From: an uncultured archaeon
GTDB lineage: Archaea > Thermoproteota > Nitrososphaeria > Nitrososphaerales > Gagatemarchaeaceae
Length of the DNA: 64,000 bases
Assembly: GCA_963817525.1 (NCBI GenBank)
Contig: CAWFOU010000007.1
Location: 384,001 to 448,000 of the forward strand
Reading direction: 5' to 3'
Positions 28,711 through 38,289 of this stretch are shown here, one piece after another (positions within the stretch are counted from its first letter, which is position 1; each line of letters opens with the position of its first letter). The position numbers and the translations under genes are program-made. Under the pieces are notes generated by a model, which made no database searches, was not told where the DNA came from, and saw only the letters and a list, made by a program, of their open reading frames with translations.

Positions 28711-29166
28711 ATGGAAATCAAGGTCGACGACTTGACGGGCCCGGAAATCCAGCGGATGCTTAGAGAGCACCTGGAGGACATGGCGCGGCACTCTCCGCCG
28801 GAGAGCATGCACGCGTTGGACCTCGAAGGACTGCGCAAACCCGAGATCACCTTCTGGAGCGCGTGGGAGGACGGCGAGCTGTTTGGATGCGGTGCTCTGA
28901 AGGAATTGACCCCGAAGCACGGGGAGGTCAAGTCCATGCGCACGGCCCCGGCGCATCGTGGTAGAGGTGTAGCGTCGACGATGCTCAAACAAATCCTGAA
29001 AGAGGCCAAAAGGCGAGGCTACGACAGGGTGAGCCTAGAAACCGGCTCGATGGCCGCCTTCGCTCCCGCCCGCGGATTATACGCTAAATTTGGTTTTGAA
29101 GGGTGTGGGCCGTTCGCGGGTTATGTCGAGGACCCGAACAGCGTGTTCATGACAAAGAGACTGTGA
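28711..29166 (+). CDS. GNAT family N-acetyltransferase (YedL-like)
   Basis: GCGALKEL, EVKSMRT..HRGRGVA, SLETGS. Confidence 0.9.
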   Translation: MEIKVDDLTGPEIQRMLREHLEDMARHSPPESMHALDLEGLRKPEITFWSAWEDGELFGCGALKELTPKHGEVKSMRTAPAHRGRGVASTMLKQILKEAKRRGYDRVSLETGSMAAFAPARGLYAKFGFEGCGPFAGYVEDPNSVFMTKRL

Positions 29167-29288
29167 GACGCGAGCCACGCATTTTGTTCAAGGAAGCGGC
29201 TGATTTGTTGCGATATTTGCCGTTCAAGACGGTGAAACGGGTGTTCAAAACCGCTCTATGATAACCCGAAGGGCCTGATACCTGGCAC

Positions 29289-30545
29289 ATGAGCAGCAGA
29301 AACCAGGTGGTCATGGCCGGCGTCTTCGCGGTGGCCATAGCGCTAGCCGCGATCGTCGGAGCGGTCTATCTTCTTCCAAGTCCGAATCAAAACGGCGCGA
29401 CTTCTACGAATTCGGGCGGCCTAACATCGACGTCCACGGGCGCCCAGTCGCAGGGCAGCACCTCCGCCAAGGACCAAGGCACGCTTTCGATACTCCTGAC
29501 GGACCCGCCCACCGTCCCTGCGGGGGTCACCGCGATCTACGTCACCTACAGTAACGTGGCGGTCCACATAGGCAAGGCGGGGAACCAGACGGGCTGGACC
29601 AACGCGAACACGACGGGGACCATTAACCTCATGCAGATGGTGAACGTAAGCTCGACCATAGCGACCGTGAAGGTCAGCACTGGCGTATACAACGCGCTGA
29701 GGTTCAACGTCTCCTCTGCTCTAGTCACCTTCAATGGCGGTAACTACACGGCCTTCGTCCCGAAGGCGGAGCTCACCGTCATAATCCCAGGAGGGATTGA
29801 GGTCAACTCGACTTCGACCGCCGGGGCGATCATAGACATGCACCCCACGGTGCTCAACATCGGGAGCAAGTCGACCCCCGAATTCATAGTAGACACGGCC
29901 GCATCCGTGTTCGGCCTCCCGCAGGGCGTGATAACCAAGGCGGTCGAGCACGTGGGGACCGTCATGAGGATCGACAACCAGACGTGGTGGCAGCACATCA
30001 ACGAGCAGTACACCGCGAACATCCAGATAACGGCCGCGAGCGTCTCGAACGACTCGCTCTCGGTGACGATCAACAACACCGGGACCCAGCCCGTGACGCT
30101 CGGTACGATAACCGTGGCGCCCCTGGGCAGCGAGTGCGCGACGCCAGCGTCGACGTCCCAGAACCATAGGGCCGTGCCTCCCTGCTTCACAGGGGCCGCG
30201 GTCTTCCTCGTGCAGAACGACAGCAGCCTAAAGTCGTTCTCCTCGTTCATCCTCCCGAACTTCTTCGGGGGCTTTGGCAACGGGCAGCACGGCAACAGGC
30301 AGTCAAACAGCAGCTCGACGTCCACCACAACCTCCACCACGACCTCTCAATCCGGAGCATATCCAGGGAGCACCGGCTACACGCTGGCGCCGGGGCAGAG
30401 TGTGACCCTGACCTATTCAGGGAGCATAAGCTTCGGGTTCGCCTTCGGCGGTAGGACCGCGCCAGGGGTGGTATCGGGCGACCAGTACCAGATCACCGCG
30501 CTGGGGCAGGAAGCTCTCGCACAGACAGTAGTGGTGGCCGGCTAG
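29289..30545 (+). CDS. DUF4382-like secreted/surface protein
   Basis: N-terminal TM; LLTDPPTVPAGVTAIYVTYS motif; many N-x-S/T sites. Confidence 0.7.
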   Translation: MSSRNQVVMAGVFAVAIALAAIVGAVYLLPSPNQNGATSTNSGGLTSTSTGAQSQGSTSAKDQGTLSILLTDPPTVPAGVTAIYVTYSNVAVHIGKAGNQTGWTNANTTGTINLMQMVNVSSTIATVKVSTGVYNALRFNVSSALVTFNGGNYTAFVPKAELTVIIPGGIEVNSTSTAGAIIDMHPTVLNIGSKSTPEFIVDTAASVFGLPQGVITKAVEHVGTVMRIDNQTWWQHINEQYTANIQITAASVSNDSLSVTINNTGTQPVTLGTITVAPLGSECATPASTSQNHRAVPPCFTGAAVFLVQNDSSLKSFSSFILPNFFGGFGNGQHGNRQSNSSSTSTTTSTTTSQSGAYPGSTGYTLAPGQSVTLTYSGSISFGFAFGGRTAPGVVSGDQYQITALGQEALAQTVVVAG

Positions 30546-30649
30546 GCCACCGCCTGCCTCCGTCTCTGGCTCGCTATCATAGATTCATCACTCTTTTCTA
30601 GAAGCAGCCGGGGACCCGCCCTACGAAGTCCATCGCGCCCAGCGCGGAG

Positions 30650-31054
30650 CTGAAGGGCAACACCCTGAAGGTCTACGTCTACGTCCTCAAGCACGGCGAC
30701 GTAGGCGTGAGGGAAGTCCAGCGCGCACTGAGGCTCTCGAACCCCTCGCTGGCCCAGTATCACCTCAACAAGCTGAGGGACATGGGGCTGGTGATGGAGG
30801 TCGGCGGCGCGTATCAGGTGTGTGCGGAGGTGAGGGTCGACGCGCTGAGGGGCCTCCTCCGGATAGGCACCCTCCTCGTCCCGAGGTTCGTGTTCTACGC
30901 GGTCCTCTTGACGGTGCTCGGGGGTTACTTCATCGTCGCTTCGATCCCCTACTTGTCGGTGTACCCGCTCATCGAGGTCTCCTACGCGCTCGTGGTCTTC
31001 GCCTCGGCGGCGTTCTGGTTCGAGTCCTTCCACGCCTGGAAGTCGGCCCCCTGA
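30650..31054 (+). CDS. Membrane-tethered winged-helix protein (start uncertain)
   Basis: LKGNTLKVY...GVREVQRAL.LS.PSLAQYHLNKL followed by two TM helices. Confidence 0.75.
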   Translation: MKGNTLKVYVYVLKHGDVGVREVQRALRLSNPSLAQYHLNKLRDMGLVMEVGGAYQVCAEVRVDALRGLLRIGTLLVPRFVFYAVLLTVLGGYFIVASIPYLSVYPLIEVSYALVVFASAAFWFESFHAWKSAP

Positions 31055-31104
31055 CTCCTTCGCCAGGCGCCAAGGAATATATCGAAGGTTCCGTCAAGGC
31101 GGCC

Positions 31105-31815
31105 ATGGCAAAATCCTCGCCGAAGAAGGTCGTCGTCTCCAAGGACGGCCCGTACAAGGTCTCGGGCGACGTCCCCCTCAGCATGCAGATAATCAACCCG
31201 AACAAGGAGGGCCTCTCCTGGGACTGGAAGAAGGCGAAGGACTTCAAGACCGAGGAGGAGTACGACCTCTGCAGGTGCGGCCACTCCAAGACCAAGCCCT
31301 TCTGCGACGGCTCCCACGCCAAGGTCGGGTTCGACGGCACGGAGACCGCGACCCGGAAGCCGTACGTCAGGCAGGCTGAGGTCTTCGAGGGGCCGAGCCT
31401 CCTCCTGAGCGACGCCGAGGACCTCTGCGCGTTCGCGCGCTTCTGCGACCCCCAGGGCAAGATATGGAGCGTCGTCGAGCAGCCCGGCGCCGAGGCGAGG
31501 AAGCTGGCGATACGCGAGGCGAACCACTGCCCGGGGGGCAGGCTGGTCGTCCACGACAAGAAGACCGGCAAGGTCATCGAGGAGGAGCTCCCTCAGTCGA
31601 TCGGGGTGGTCGAGGACCCGGCCCTTGGCTGCAGCGGGCCGCTCTGGATCAGGGGCGGGATCACGATAGAGTCGGAGAACGGGAACACCTACGAGACGAG
31701 AAACCGGGTGGCGCTCTGCCGCTGCGGCGCGTCGGCGAACAAGCCCTTCTGCAACGGGAGCCACGCCAGCATCAAGTTCAGGGACGGCCTCGTAGAGTTC
31801 GTCAAGCTAGAGTGA
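31105..31815 (+). CDS. CDGSH iron-sulfur domain protein
   Basis: LCRCGHSKTKPFCDGSH and LCRCGASANKPFCNGSH with a central Cys-containing domain. Confidence 0.92.
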   Translation: MAKSSPKKVVVSKDGPYKVSGDVPLSMQIINPNKEGLSWDWKKAKDFKTEEEYDLCRCGHSKTKPFCDGSHAKVGFDGTETATRKPYVRQAEVFEGPSLLLSDAEDLCAFARFCDPQGKIWSVVEQPGAEARKLAIREANHCPGGRLVVHDKKTGKVIEEELPQSIGVVEDPALGCSGPLWIRGGITIESENGNTYETRNRVALCRCGASANKPFCNGSHASIKFRDGLVEFVKLE

Positions 31816-32316
31816 GCGGTCAGGGGGGTTTGTCTGGCCGATCCCCTGCGCCCCCCACCTTCTCCTCATCCTCGAGAAGCGGAAGATCTGGTACACGGTC
31901 AGGGCCATCCAGAGGACGAGGAGGCCCACGACCACGAGGCTCAGGTCCAGGCTGCGCACGAAGAGGATGTTGGTCAGGGCGAGCAGGACGGCGGCGACCC
32001 CGACCACCATCCTCGCGATCCTGATCGTCAGCATCGACCCCCTCGCCCCCCAGCCGCCGTTTCCGGCCCCCCAGCCACCGGCCATCCTCTCCTCTCTGAC
32101 CTGCTTCAGCTTGGCCTCGTCCAGGTAGTATTTCCCTCCGACCTCGACGAATATGCCTCTGGCGCCGAGGCGCCTCTTCATGGCCTCCTCGAATCTGGGC
32201 GGGAGCCCCAGCTCCTGGGCGGTCATGGCCTTGTCGGGGCTGGTCGCGCCCTTCTCCCTGAACGCGTCGACGAGCCTACGAATCCAGCGCCCGCCTCCTC
32301 TGCCAGGCCCCATCAT
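31807..32316 (-). CDS. Hypothetical membrane protein
   Basis: FREKGATSP..A...GKYYLDE domain plus two TM helices. Confidence 0.65.
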   Translation of the reverse strand: MMGPGRGGGRWIRRLVDAFREKGATSPDKAMTAQELGLPPRFEEAMKRRLGARGIFVEVGGKYYLDEAKLKQVREERMAGGWGAGNGGWGARGSMLTIRIARMVVGVAAVLLALTNILFVRSLDLSLVVVGLLVLWMALTVYQIFRFSRMRRRWGAQGIGQTNPPDRSL

Positions 32317-32399
32317 GCCCGCGTCGTGAGGGGCCGCGCCCTTAATTCTTTCCTGCCCCGTCTCAAAGGATAAGACTCTCGCCGTTCCCACCCCCGCTC

Positions 32400-33824
32400 G
32401 TGCGTAGGGGAGTAGTGCTTGCGGCGGCGGTCGCGGTCCTCCTGATAATCGCAGGGGCGATCTTCGTCGTCGGTCCCCCGCTACTGAAGGGCTCGTCGAG
32501 CTCGACCGGGCCCGCCTCGACCCTGGGCGCCGGGAGCTCGACCAGTTCGCAGGGCTCGGCCGCAGGGGAGGACTGGACGACTTACCACGGGAACAACGCC
32601 CGGACGGGATACGAGCAGGTCGCCAACTTCACCTCGGTGACGAGGGACTGGAACTCTACCCCCCTTGACGGTATCGTCTTCGCGGAGCCCTTGGTCTACG
32701 CGGGCGAGGTCTTCGTCGCCACAGAGAACAATTCGGTCTACGCCCTGAGCGCGCAGACGGGCAACATTGTGTGGCATACCAACCTCGGCGAGCCGGTTAA
32801 CTCAACCCCAGCGGCGGGGATACTGCCGTGCGGGGACATCTACCCCGTGTCCGGGATAACGGGGACGCCGGTAATCGACCCCTCGACGGGGATCCTCTAC
32901 GTCGTCTCATACAGGGGGGTGACCGTCACGCATGTGCTCTCCGCGATCAACCTCACCACGGGCGCCGTCCTGTGGCAGCGGGGAGCCGACCCGCCTGGCT
33001 CGGTGGTCACGGCGCAGCAGGAGAGGTCGGCCCTCTCCCTCGCGAACGGGATGGTCTACGTCCCCTACGGTGGCCTGGCCGGCGACTGCGCCCAGTATTG
33101 GGGGTGGGTGGTGGGCATCCCCGCGAACGGGACGGGGAGCATGGTGGTCTACAAGGTCCCGACGACCAGGGAGGGAGGTATCTGGGCGCCGTCGGGGCTC
33201 GCGATAGACTCCTCGGGCAACGTCTACGCCGCGACGGGCAACGGGGCGTCCATCACGACCTACGACCACGGGGACAGCGTGATCAAGCTCTCGCCCACGC
33301 TCACGGAGGAGGGGTACTTCGCCCCCACGAACTGGTCGGTGCTGAACCAGAACGACGCCGACGTGGGCTCCCTCGGCCCGGCCATAGTCGGGCCGAACCT
33401 CCTATTCCAGATAGGGAAGGAGGGGGTGGGATACATCCTGAACGCCAGCCAGTTGGGCGGGATTGGGGGACAGATGTACTCGAGCAGCATATGCGACGAG
33501 AGCTTCGGGGGGACCGCGTTCTCTAGCCCGTTGATCTTCGTCCCCTGCATCAACGGCCTCGTCATCCTCCAGCTCGGGAACGCCAACTTCACGCAGAAGC
33601 TGCTGATTACCGGCCTCAACGCTGGGCCGCCCACGGTCACCGACGGGATAGTCTGGACGATAGACTCGAACACGGGGCTGCTCTACGGGTTCAGCACCAG
33701 CAACGGCCACCAGGACTACACGTTCTCGCTCGGCCCTGTCGAGCACTTCACCAGCTCCGCGGCGGGCGACGGGCGGCTCTTCGTGGCCGCCACCAACATA
33801 GTGGAGTCTTTCTCGCTCGGATAG
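32400..33824 (+). CDS. Secreted PQQ-binding-like beta-propeller protein
   Basis: DWTTYHGNNARTG, VATENNSVYAL, G.VLW repeats. Confidence 0.8.
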   Translation: MRRGVVLAAAVAVLLIIAGAIFVVGPPLLKGSSSSTGPASTLGAGSSTSSQGSAAGEDWTTYHGNNARTGYEQVANFTSVTRDWNSTPLDGIVFAEPLVYAGEVFVATENNSVYALSAQTGNIVWHTNLGEPVNSTPAAGILPCGDIYPVSGITGTPVIDPSTGILYVVSYRGVTVTHVLSAINLTTGAVLWQRGADPPGSVVTAQQERSALSLANGMVYVPYGGLAGDCAQYWGWVVGIPANGTGSMVVYKVPTTREGGIWAPSGLAIDSSGNVYAATGNGASITTYDHGDSVIKLSPTLTEEGYFAPTNWSVLNQNDADVGSLGPAIVGPNLLFQIGKEGVGYILNASQLGGIGGQMYSSSICDESFGGTAFSSPLIFVPCINGLVILQLGNANFTQKLLITGLNAGPPTVTDGIVWTIDSNTGLLYGFSTSNGHQDYTFSLGPVEHFTSSAAGDGRLFVAATNIVESFSLG

Positions 33825-33833
33825 TCGGGCGCC

Positions 33834-34547
33834 CTACGAGGCATCGACGAGCTCGTTCAGGATTCTCTCGGGGTCCTTCGCCTTTGTAAAGGCCGAGGAG
33901 ACGCCCCAGCCGTCGGCCCCCAGCTCGATGGACTTTTTCACGTCGACCGCGCTGCTGATGCCCGCTCCGACGAGGCGCCTGACGGTCGGCTTCACCTTCT
34001 TGACAAAGTCCGTGATCTGGGAGGGCTTGGCCGTGGAGACGGATATGCCGGTGCCCACCAGCTCCGGGGGCTCGTAGGCTATCATGTCGGGGGCGAAGGC
34101 CTCTAGCTTCACGCTCTGCCTGATGCTGTCGGCGAAGACCAGCGTCATCAGGCCGTGGGCCTTCGCGGCCGCGACCCTCTTCCCGACCTCCACCGTCGAG
34201 AGGGGGCGCTCCGAGTGGTTGAGCAGCGTGCCGACCGCGCCTGCCTCCTTGACCGCGAGCGGGGAGACCGAGCCGGTGAACTTGCCTATCCCGTCGTCGA
34301 TGTGCTGGGCGAAGACGGGCGTGTAGGGGGAGGCCTCCTTCGCAATCCTGTAGATGTCGGTGAACTGCGGCGAGATGATTATGCGCTTCCTGTGCCTCAT
34401 GGCCACGCTCCTGCATATCCGGGCCAGCCTAAGCGCGTGGTCGCCGGTCGCCTCCTCGTAGGTCTTGAAGTTGATTATGATAATCGGGAGGTGCGCCAAC
34501 AGCAGGCGGTTGGAGTCGGGACTCTTGTCGCTCATTGTCTGGAGCAT
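33834..34547 (-). CDS. tpiA: Triosephosphate isomerase, archaeal type (start uncertain)
   Basis: IINFKTY, GTLLNHSER, AYEPPELVGTG, GAGIS. Confidence 0.92.
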   Translation of the reverse strand: MLQTMSDKSPDSNRLLLAHLPIIIINFKTYEEATGDHALRLARICRSVAMRHRKRIIISPQFTDIYRIAKEASPYTPVFAQHIDDGIGKFTGSVSPLAVKEAGAVGTLLNHSERPLSTVEVGKRVAAAKAHGLMTLVFADSIRQSVKLEAFAPDMIAYEPPELVGTGISVSTAKPSQITDFVKKVKPTVRRLVGAGISSAVDVKKSIELGADGWGVSSAFTKAKDPERILNELVDAS

Positions 34548-34597
34548 GGCCGCCGACACGCGGCTAAATCCATTTCCCAGCCCGCCGGGGCGCGGGG

Positions 34598-34852
34598 TCA
34601 CCTGCCGGGGTTCTGCTCGACCACCCTCGCGACGACGTACGTCCTGACGAGGGTGGTCCCGGCCGAGAGCATCACGAACCCGATGACCGCGGAGAGGAGG
34701 GCGGCCACGACAGCCTGGTCTGGGGGAGAGATGAGGGTGACGGCGGCGAGGAAGAAGTAGATGGACACCGCTATCAGGGCGATCCCGACCCAGAGCGAGG
34801 CCACAGCGAACCGCCTCGGAGTGCCAGCGCCCGTCCCGCTAGTCGCCATCAC
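34598..34852 (-). CDS. Small membrane protein
   Basis: Two TM helices. Confidence 0.6.
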   Translation of the reverse strand: MMATSGTGAGTPRRFAVASLWVGIALIAVSIYFFLAAVTLISPPDQAVVAALLSAVIGFVMLSAGTTLVRTYVVARVVEQNPGR

Positions 34853-34911
34853 GCATCTCCCTCGGTTCTGATTTCGGGGCCTTTCAGGCTATAAAAAGTG
34901 GGCGCGGCCAA

Positions 34912-35970
34912 TCAACCCCAAAATATCTGGATGATCTCGCGGATATAGTCCTGCGACTGGGCGAAGAGGATGTCGACCTTCACCACGGCGCTCTGGGTGG
35001 CGGTCTGAAAGAGGGCCTCCGCCGGCGACGGGATGGGCGGCCTGAGGGTCAGCGCGCCGATGAGGTCACGGTAGAACTCCCCGCGCGGCAGGAAGAACGC
35101 GAGTGCCGCGGCGACCCCCCAGCAGTAAGCGATGGCAAGGATGGCCCAGCTGAGCCCCCGGGAGGGCCTGTATCGGGTGATCTTCCTGACGGACTTGGTC
35201 GTCGGCTCGATCTCTGAGAGGAGCTCCTTCCTCGCGTCGCCCGGGGTGAGCGTGAAGTGGAGTATCACGGGCTCGACGAACTGGCGCATCACCCAGATCG
35301 CGGCCCCCGCGACGAGGAGGGTCGTGAAGACGATGCCGATGCGGGTCTGAAGGTAGAGCGAGACGAGGCTCGATAGGGGCTCGGGGAGGAGGGAGGACTG
35401 CGCCTGGAAGTCTCTCACCACGGCCTCCACGAGGACCACGAGCCCGAGGGCGACGGCGAGCGGGACGGCGGACTCGAGCGCGACCCCGAAGGCGTTGTAG
35501 CCGAGGGGCCCAGAGGAGGTGATGTCGGGGCGGCGCCCGGAGAGGAGCTTGAGGCCGCGCGCGTAGTTGAACCCTGCGAGCGCGAGGAAGGTGGCCGCTA
35601 TCACGAGGACGACCGTCGCCCCGAGGTCGAGCTGGACGCCGGGTAGGCTGATGCCGTTCGCGACGGTCACGGCCACGAAGAAGGTGGCGATGAGGAGGGC
35701 GACGAGGAGCGAGGGCCGGAAGGAGAAGACGGCGTAGGCCGACCCCGCGAGGACGAAGAGCGGGAGGAGCCTGGCGAGGACGGAGACGGCGGGGCCGTAG
35801 GACGCGGACTGCGAGACGAGGTCCCCGGGGGTCGAGGCGATGGCGACCGAGAAGACGAGGGCCGCGACCACGGCGGGGAGGACTAGTACGTAGAAGACGG
35901 CGGCGTCCCTGCTCGCGTACCTGGCCGCGAGGGAGGGGGCGTCGGGCGCCTCGGGGGATGCTGGCGTCAA
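34912..35970 (-). CDS. Multi-pass membrane protein of the MoxR cluster
   Basis: Several TM helices; overlaps the DUF58 stop. Confidence 0.7.
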   Translation of the reverse strand: MTPASPEAPDAPSLAARYASRDAAVFYVLVLPAVVAALVFSVAIASTPGDLVSQSASYGPAVSVLARLLPLFVLAGSAYAVFSFRPSLLVALLIATFFVAVTVANGISLPGVQLDLGATVVLVIAATFLALAGFNYARGLKLLSGRRPDITSSGPLGYNAFGVALESAVPLAVALGLVVLVEAVVRDFQAQSSLLPEPLSSLVSLYLQTRIGIVFTTLLVAGAAIWVMRQFVEPVILHFTLTPGDARKELLSEIEPTTKSVRKITRYRPSRGLSWAILAIAYCWGVAAALAFFLPRGEFYRDLIGALTLRPPIPSPAEALFQTATQSAVVKVDILFAQSQDYIREIIQIFWG

Positions 35971-37304
35971 GAGCCCCCCTTCCTCCGCAGCTCCTCCACC
36001 TGCGTGACCAGCTTCGCGAAGAGGTCGTCCGGGCCGACGTCTATGACGGGGATGCCCAGCGCGAGGGCCTGGTGGAGGAGGCTCTTGCGGGTCCTCACCT
36101 CGTGCGTCGTCCTGATGGAGTAGACCGTCTTGTCGAGCCCCTCGAGGCCGTGGGCCTCGAAGAGGGGCGTGTAGGGCGAGACCACTATCACCTCGTGGTC
36201 GATCTCTAGGAGCTGCCTCAGCGGGTGGAGGTCGCGCTCAAAGTCGAGGTCGGTGATCACGAAGAAGAGGGTCTTCCCCTTCACCCCGCCCACCGCGAGG
36301 CACCTGCTCACCGCGCTCCGCAGGGCGTTGGCAGGGGAGACCTCGGGGCGCAGGCCGCCGAGCGCGGTGAGGAGCTTGTTTGCCTGGATGCCACCCCTGG
36401 CGAGCGGGATGACGGCGGCCGGCTTGTCGCCCTGCACTATGGTCATCCCGACAAAGTCCCCGCGCCTGGAGAGGTAGCTCACCAGCGAGGCCACGGCCCT
36501 CGCCGCGTAGTCGAGCTTCGTCCTCCCCGCCTCGCCGTAGGCCATGCTCTCCGTGGAGTCGAGTATCACCATCACGTTGAGCTGCGTCTCCGCGTTGAGC
36601 TCCCTCACCATGAGCCGGTTTGTCCTCGCGGTCGCGTGCCACTCTATCCGCTTGTAGGGGTCGCCCGGCTCGTAGCGCCTGATGTCCGCGAACTCGAGGC
36701 CCTCGCCCTTGCGTCTCGAGGTCAGGCTCCCGCCGTAGGTCGACATCGCCACCGCCGTGAGGACCCCCTTGGTGAGCTCCCTACCCCCGGGCGTGACCTC
36801 GACCACGTTCGGGACCGTCTCTGTGACGCTCCTCTCGTAGAAGAAGAGCCCCGCGATGTCCCGGGTGACGAGCCTCAGGGGCCCGAAGGCGTTGGACCCG
36901 ATCGACGTCGGCTTGATCTTGTAGCGGAGCTCCGCGAAGCCCTTGGCGGGGACGTTCACCATCGCCGCGTTGGCGCCCGACCTTATCCTGAAGAACGGCG
37001 GGTAGGAGTCCAGGAGCTCGAGGGGGAGCCTCACGAAGGTCCTGTTCACGAGCTCGAGCTCCACCGCAAGGGGGGAGCCCTCGTCGACCCTGGGGGAGAA
37101 CTTCCGCCGAATCTCCAGCGAGTCGAGGGCCTTCACCTTCAGTTGGAGGAGCAGTTTCGACGCGTAGTAGAATAGGAAGAGCGCGACGCCCGCGTACAGC
37201 AGGAAGGCCTGCGACTGGAGCGTCCCCACTATCCCGAGGGACACGAGCACAGCCGAGAGGAGGAGGACGGTGCTCCCCCTTGGGGACCTCCGGAAGACGG
37301 CCAA
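35967..37304 (-). CDS. DUF58 (vWA-like) protein
   Basis: GLEFADIRRYEPGDPYKRIEWHATAR; LDSTESM MIDAS-like motif. Confidence 0.9.
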   Translation of the reverse strand: MAVFRRSPRGSTVLLLSAVLVSLGIVGTLQSQAFLLYAGVALFLFYYASKLLLQLKVKALDSLEIRRKFSPRVDEGSPLAVELELVNRTFVRLPLELLDSYPPFFRIRSGANAAMVNVPAKGFAELRYKIKPTSIGSNAFGPLRLVTRDIAGLFFYERSVTETVPNVVEVTPGGRELTKGVLTAVAMSTYGGSLTSRRKGEGLEFADIRRYEPGDPYKRIEWHATARTNRLMVRELNAETQLNVMVILDSTESMAYGEAGRTKLDYAARAVASLVSYLSRRGDFVGMTIVQGDKPAAVIPLARGGIQANKLLTALGGLRPEVSPANALRSAVSRCLAVGGVKGKTLFFVITDLDFERDLHPLRQLLEIDHEVIVVSPYTPLFEAHGLEGLDKTVYSIRTTHEVRTRKSLLHQALALGIPVIDVGPDDLFAKLVTQVEELRRKGGS

Positions 37305-37306
37305 CG

Positions 37307-38254
37307 CTAAGGGACCTTCGTGGACTGGAGGACCTGGGTCACAATCGTGGACTGCGTGACGCCGTCCAGGACGGCCTCCTGCCTGAGGACGAGCCTGTGC
37401 GCCAGGACGAACGGGGCGACCCGCTTCACGTCGTCGGGTATCACGTAGCTCCTGCCCTCGATCGCCGCGAGGCCTGACGACCCGACGAGGAGGGAGGTGG
37501 CGGCCCTCGGAGACCCTCCGAGCCTGACCGCGGGGTGCGACCTTGTCGCCTCCACGATGTCCGTGATGTAGCCCCGGATGGTGTCGTCGACGTTCTCGCT
37601 CCAGATGGCGGAGGGTATGAGGGCCTGGAGGGTCTTCTCGTCGGCGACGGGCATCACCTTGGTCTCGGTGATGCCTCTCAGGTTCTTCAGCATGAGCATG
37701 GTCTCCGCCCTGGTGGGGTAGCCTATCTGCACCCTCATCAGGAACCTGTCGATCTGCGCCTCGGGGAGCGGGTAGGTCCCCTCGAACTCGATGGGGTTCT
37801 GGGTGGCGAGGACCAGGAAGGGCGACGGGAGGGGGATGGTGGTGCCCTCGATGGTTACCTGCCGCTCCTGCATGGCCTCGAGGAGGGCGGACTGCGTCTT
37901 GGGGGAGGCTCGGTTTATCTCGTCGGCGAGGATGATGTTCCCGAAGACAGGCCCCTGCCTGATCCTAAAGTCGGAGACCTTCTGGTCGAAGACGTAGGTC
38001 CCGACGATGTCGGAGGGGAGGAGATCGGGCGTGAACTGGATTCGGTCGAACTTCAGGCCCAGGGAGCTCGCCAGGGCCTTCGCTATGGTGGTCTTGGCGA
38101 CGCCTGGGACGCCCTCGAGGAGGACGTGGCCCCCCGCGAAGAGGCAGGCCTCGATGAGCTTGAGCTCCTCCGTCTTCCCAACTATGACCTTGGAGACCTC
38201 CGCGAGGATCTTGTCGGAGAGGGCCTTCACCTGCGCGGCCGGGGTGGTGCTCAT
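37307..38254 (-). CDS. moxR: MoxR family AAA+ ATPase
   Basis: [43 protein letters not shown]. Confidence 0.95.
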   Translation of the reverse strand: MSTTPAAQVKALSDKILAEVSKVIVGKTEELKLIEACLFAGGHVLLEGVPGVAKTTIAKALASSLGLKFDRIQFTPDLLPSDIVGTYVFDQKVSDFRIRQGPVFGNIILADEINRASPKTQSALLEAMQERQVTIEGTTIPLPSPFLVLATQNPIEFEGTYPLPEAQIDRFLMRVQIGYPTRAETMLMLKNLRGITETKVMPVADEKTLQALIPSAIWSENVDDTIRGYITDIVEATRSHPAVRLGGSPRAATSLLVGSSGLAAIEGRSYVIPDDVKRVAPFVLAHRLVLRQEAVLDGVTQSTIVTQVLQSTKVP

Positions 38255-38289
38255 CTAGTCGGCGCCCCGCCATGGACCCTGGTCGGCAG

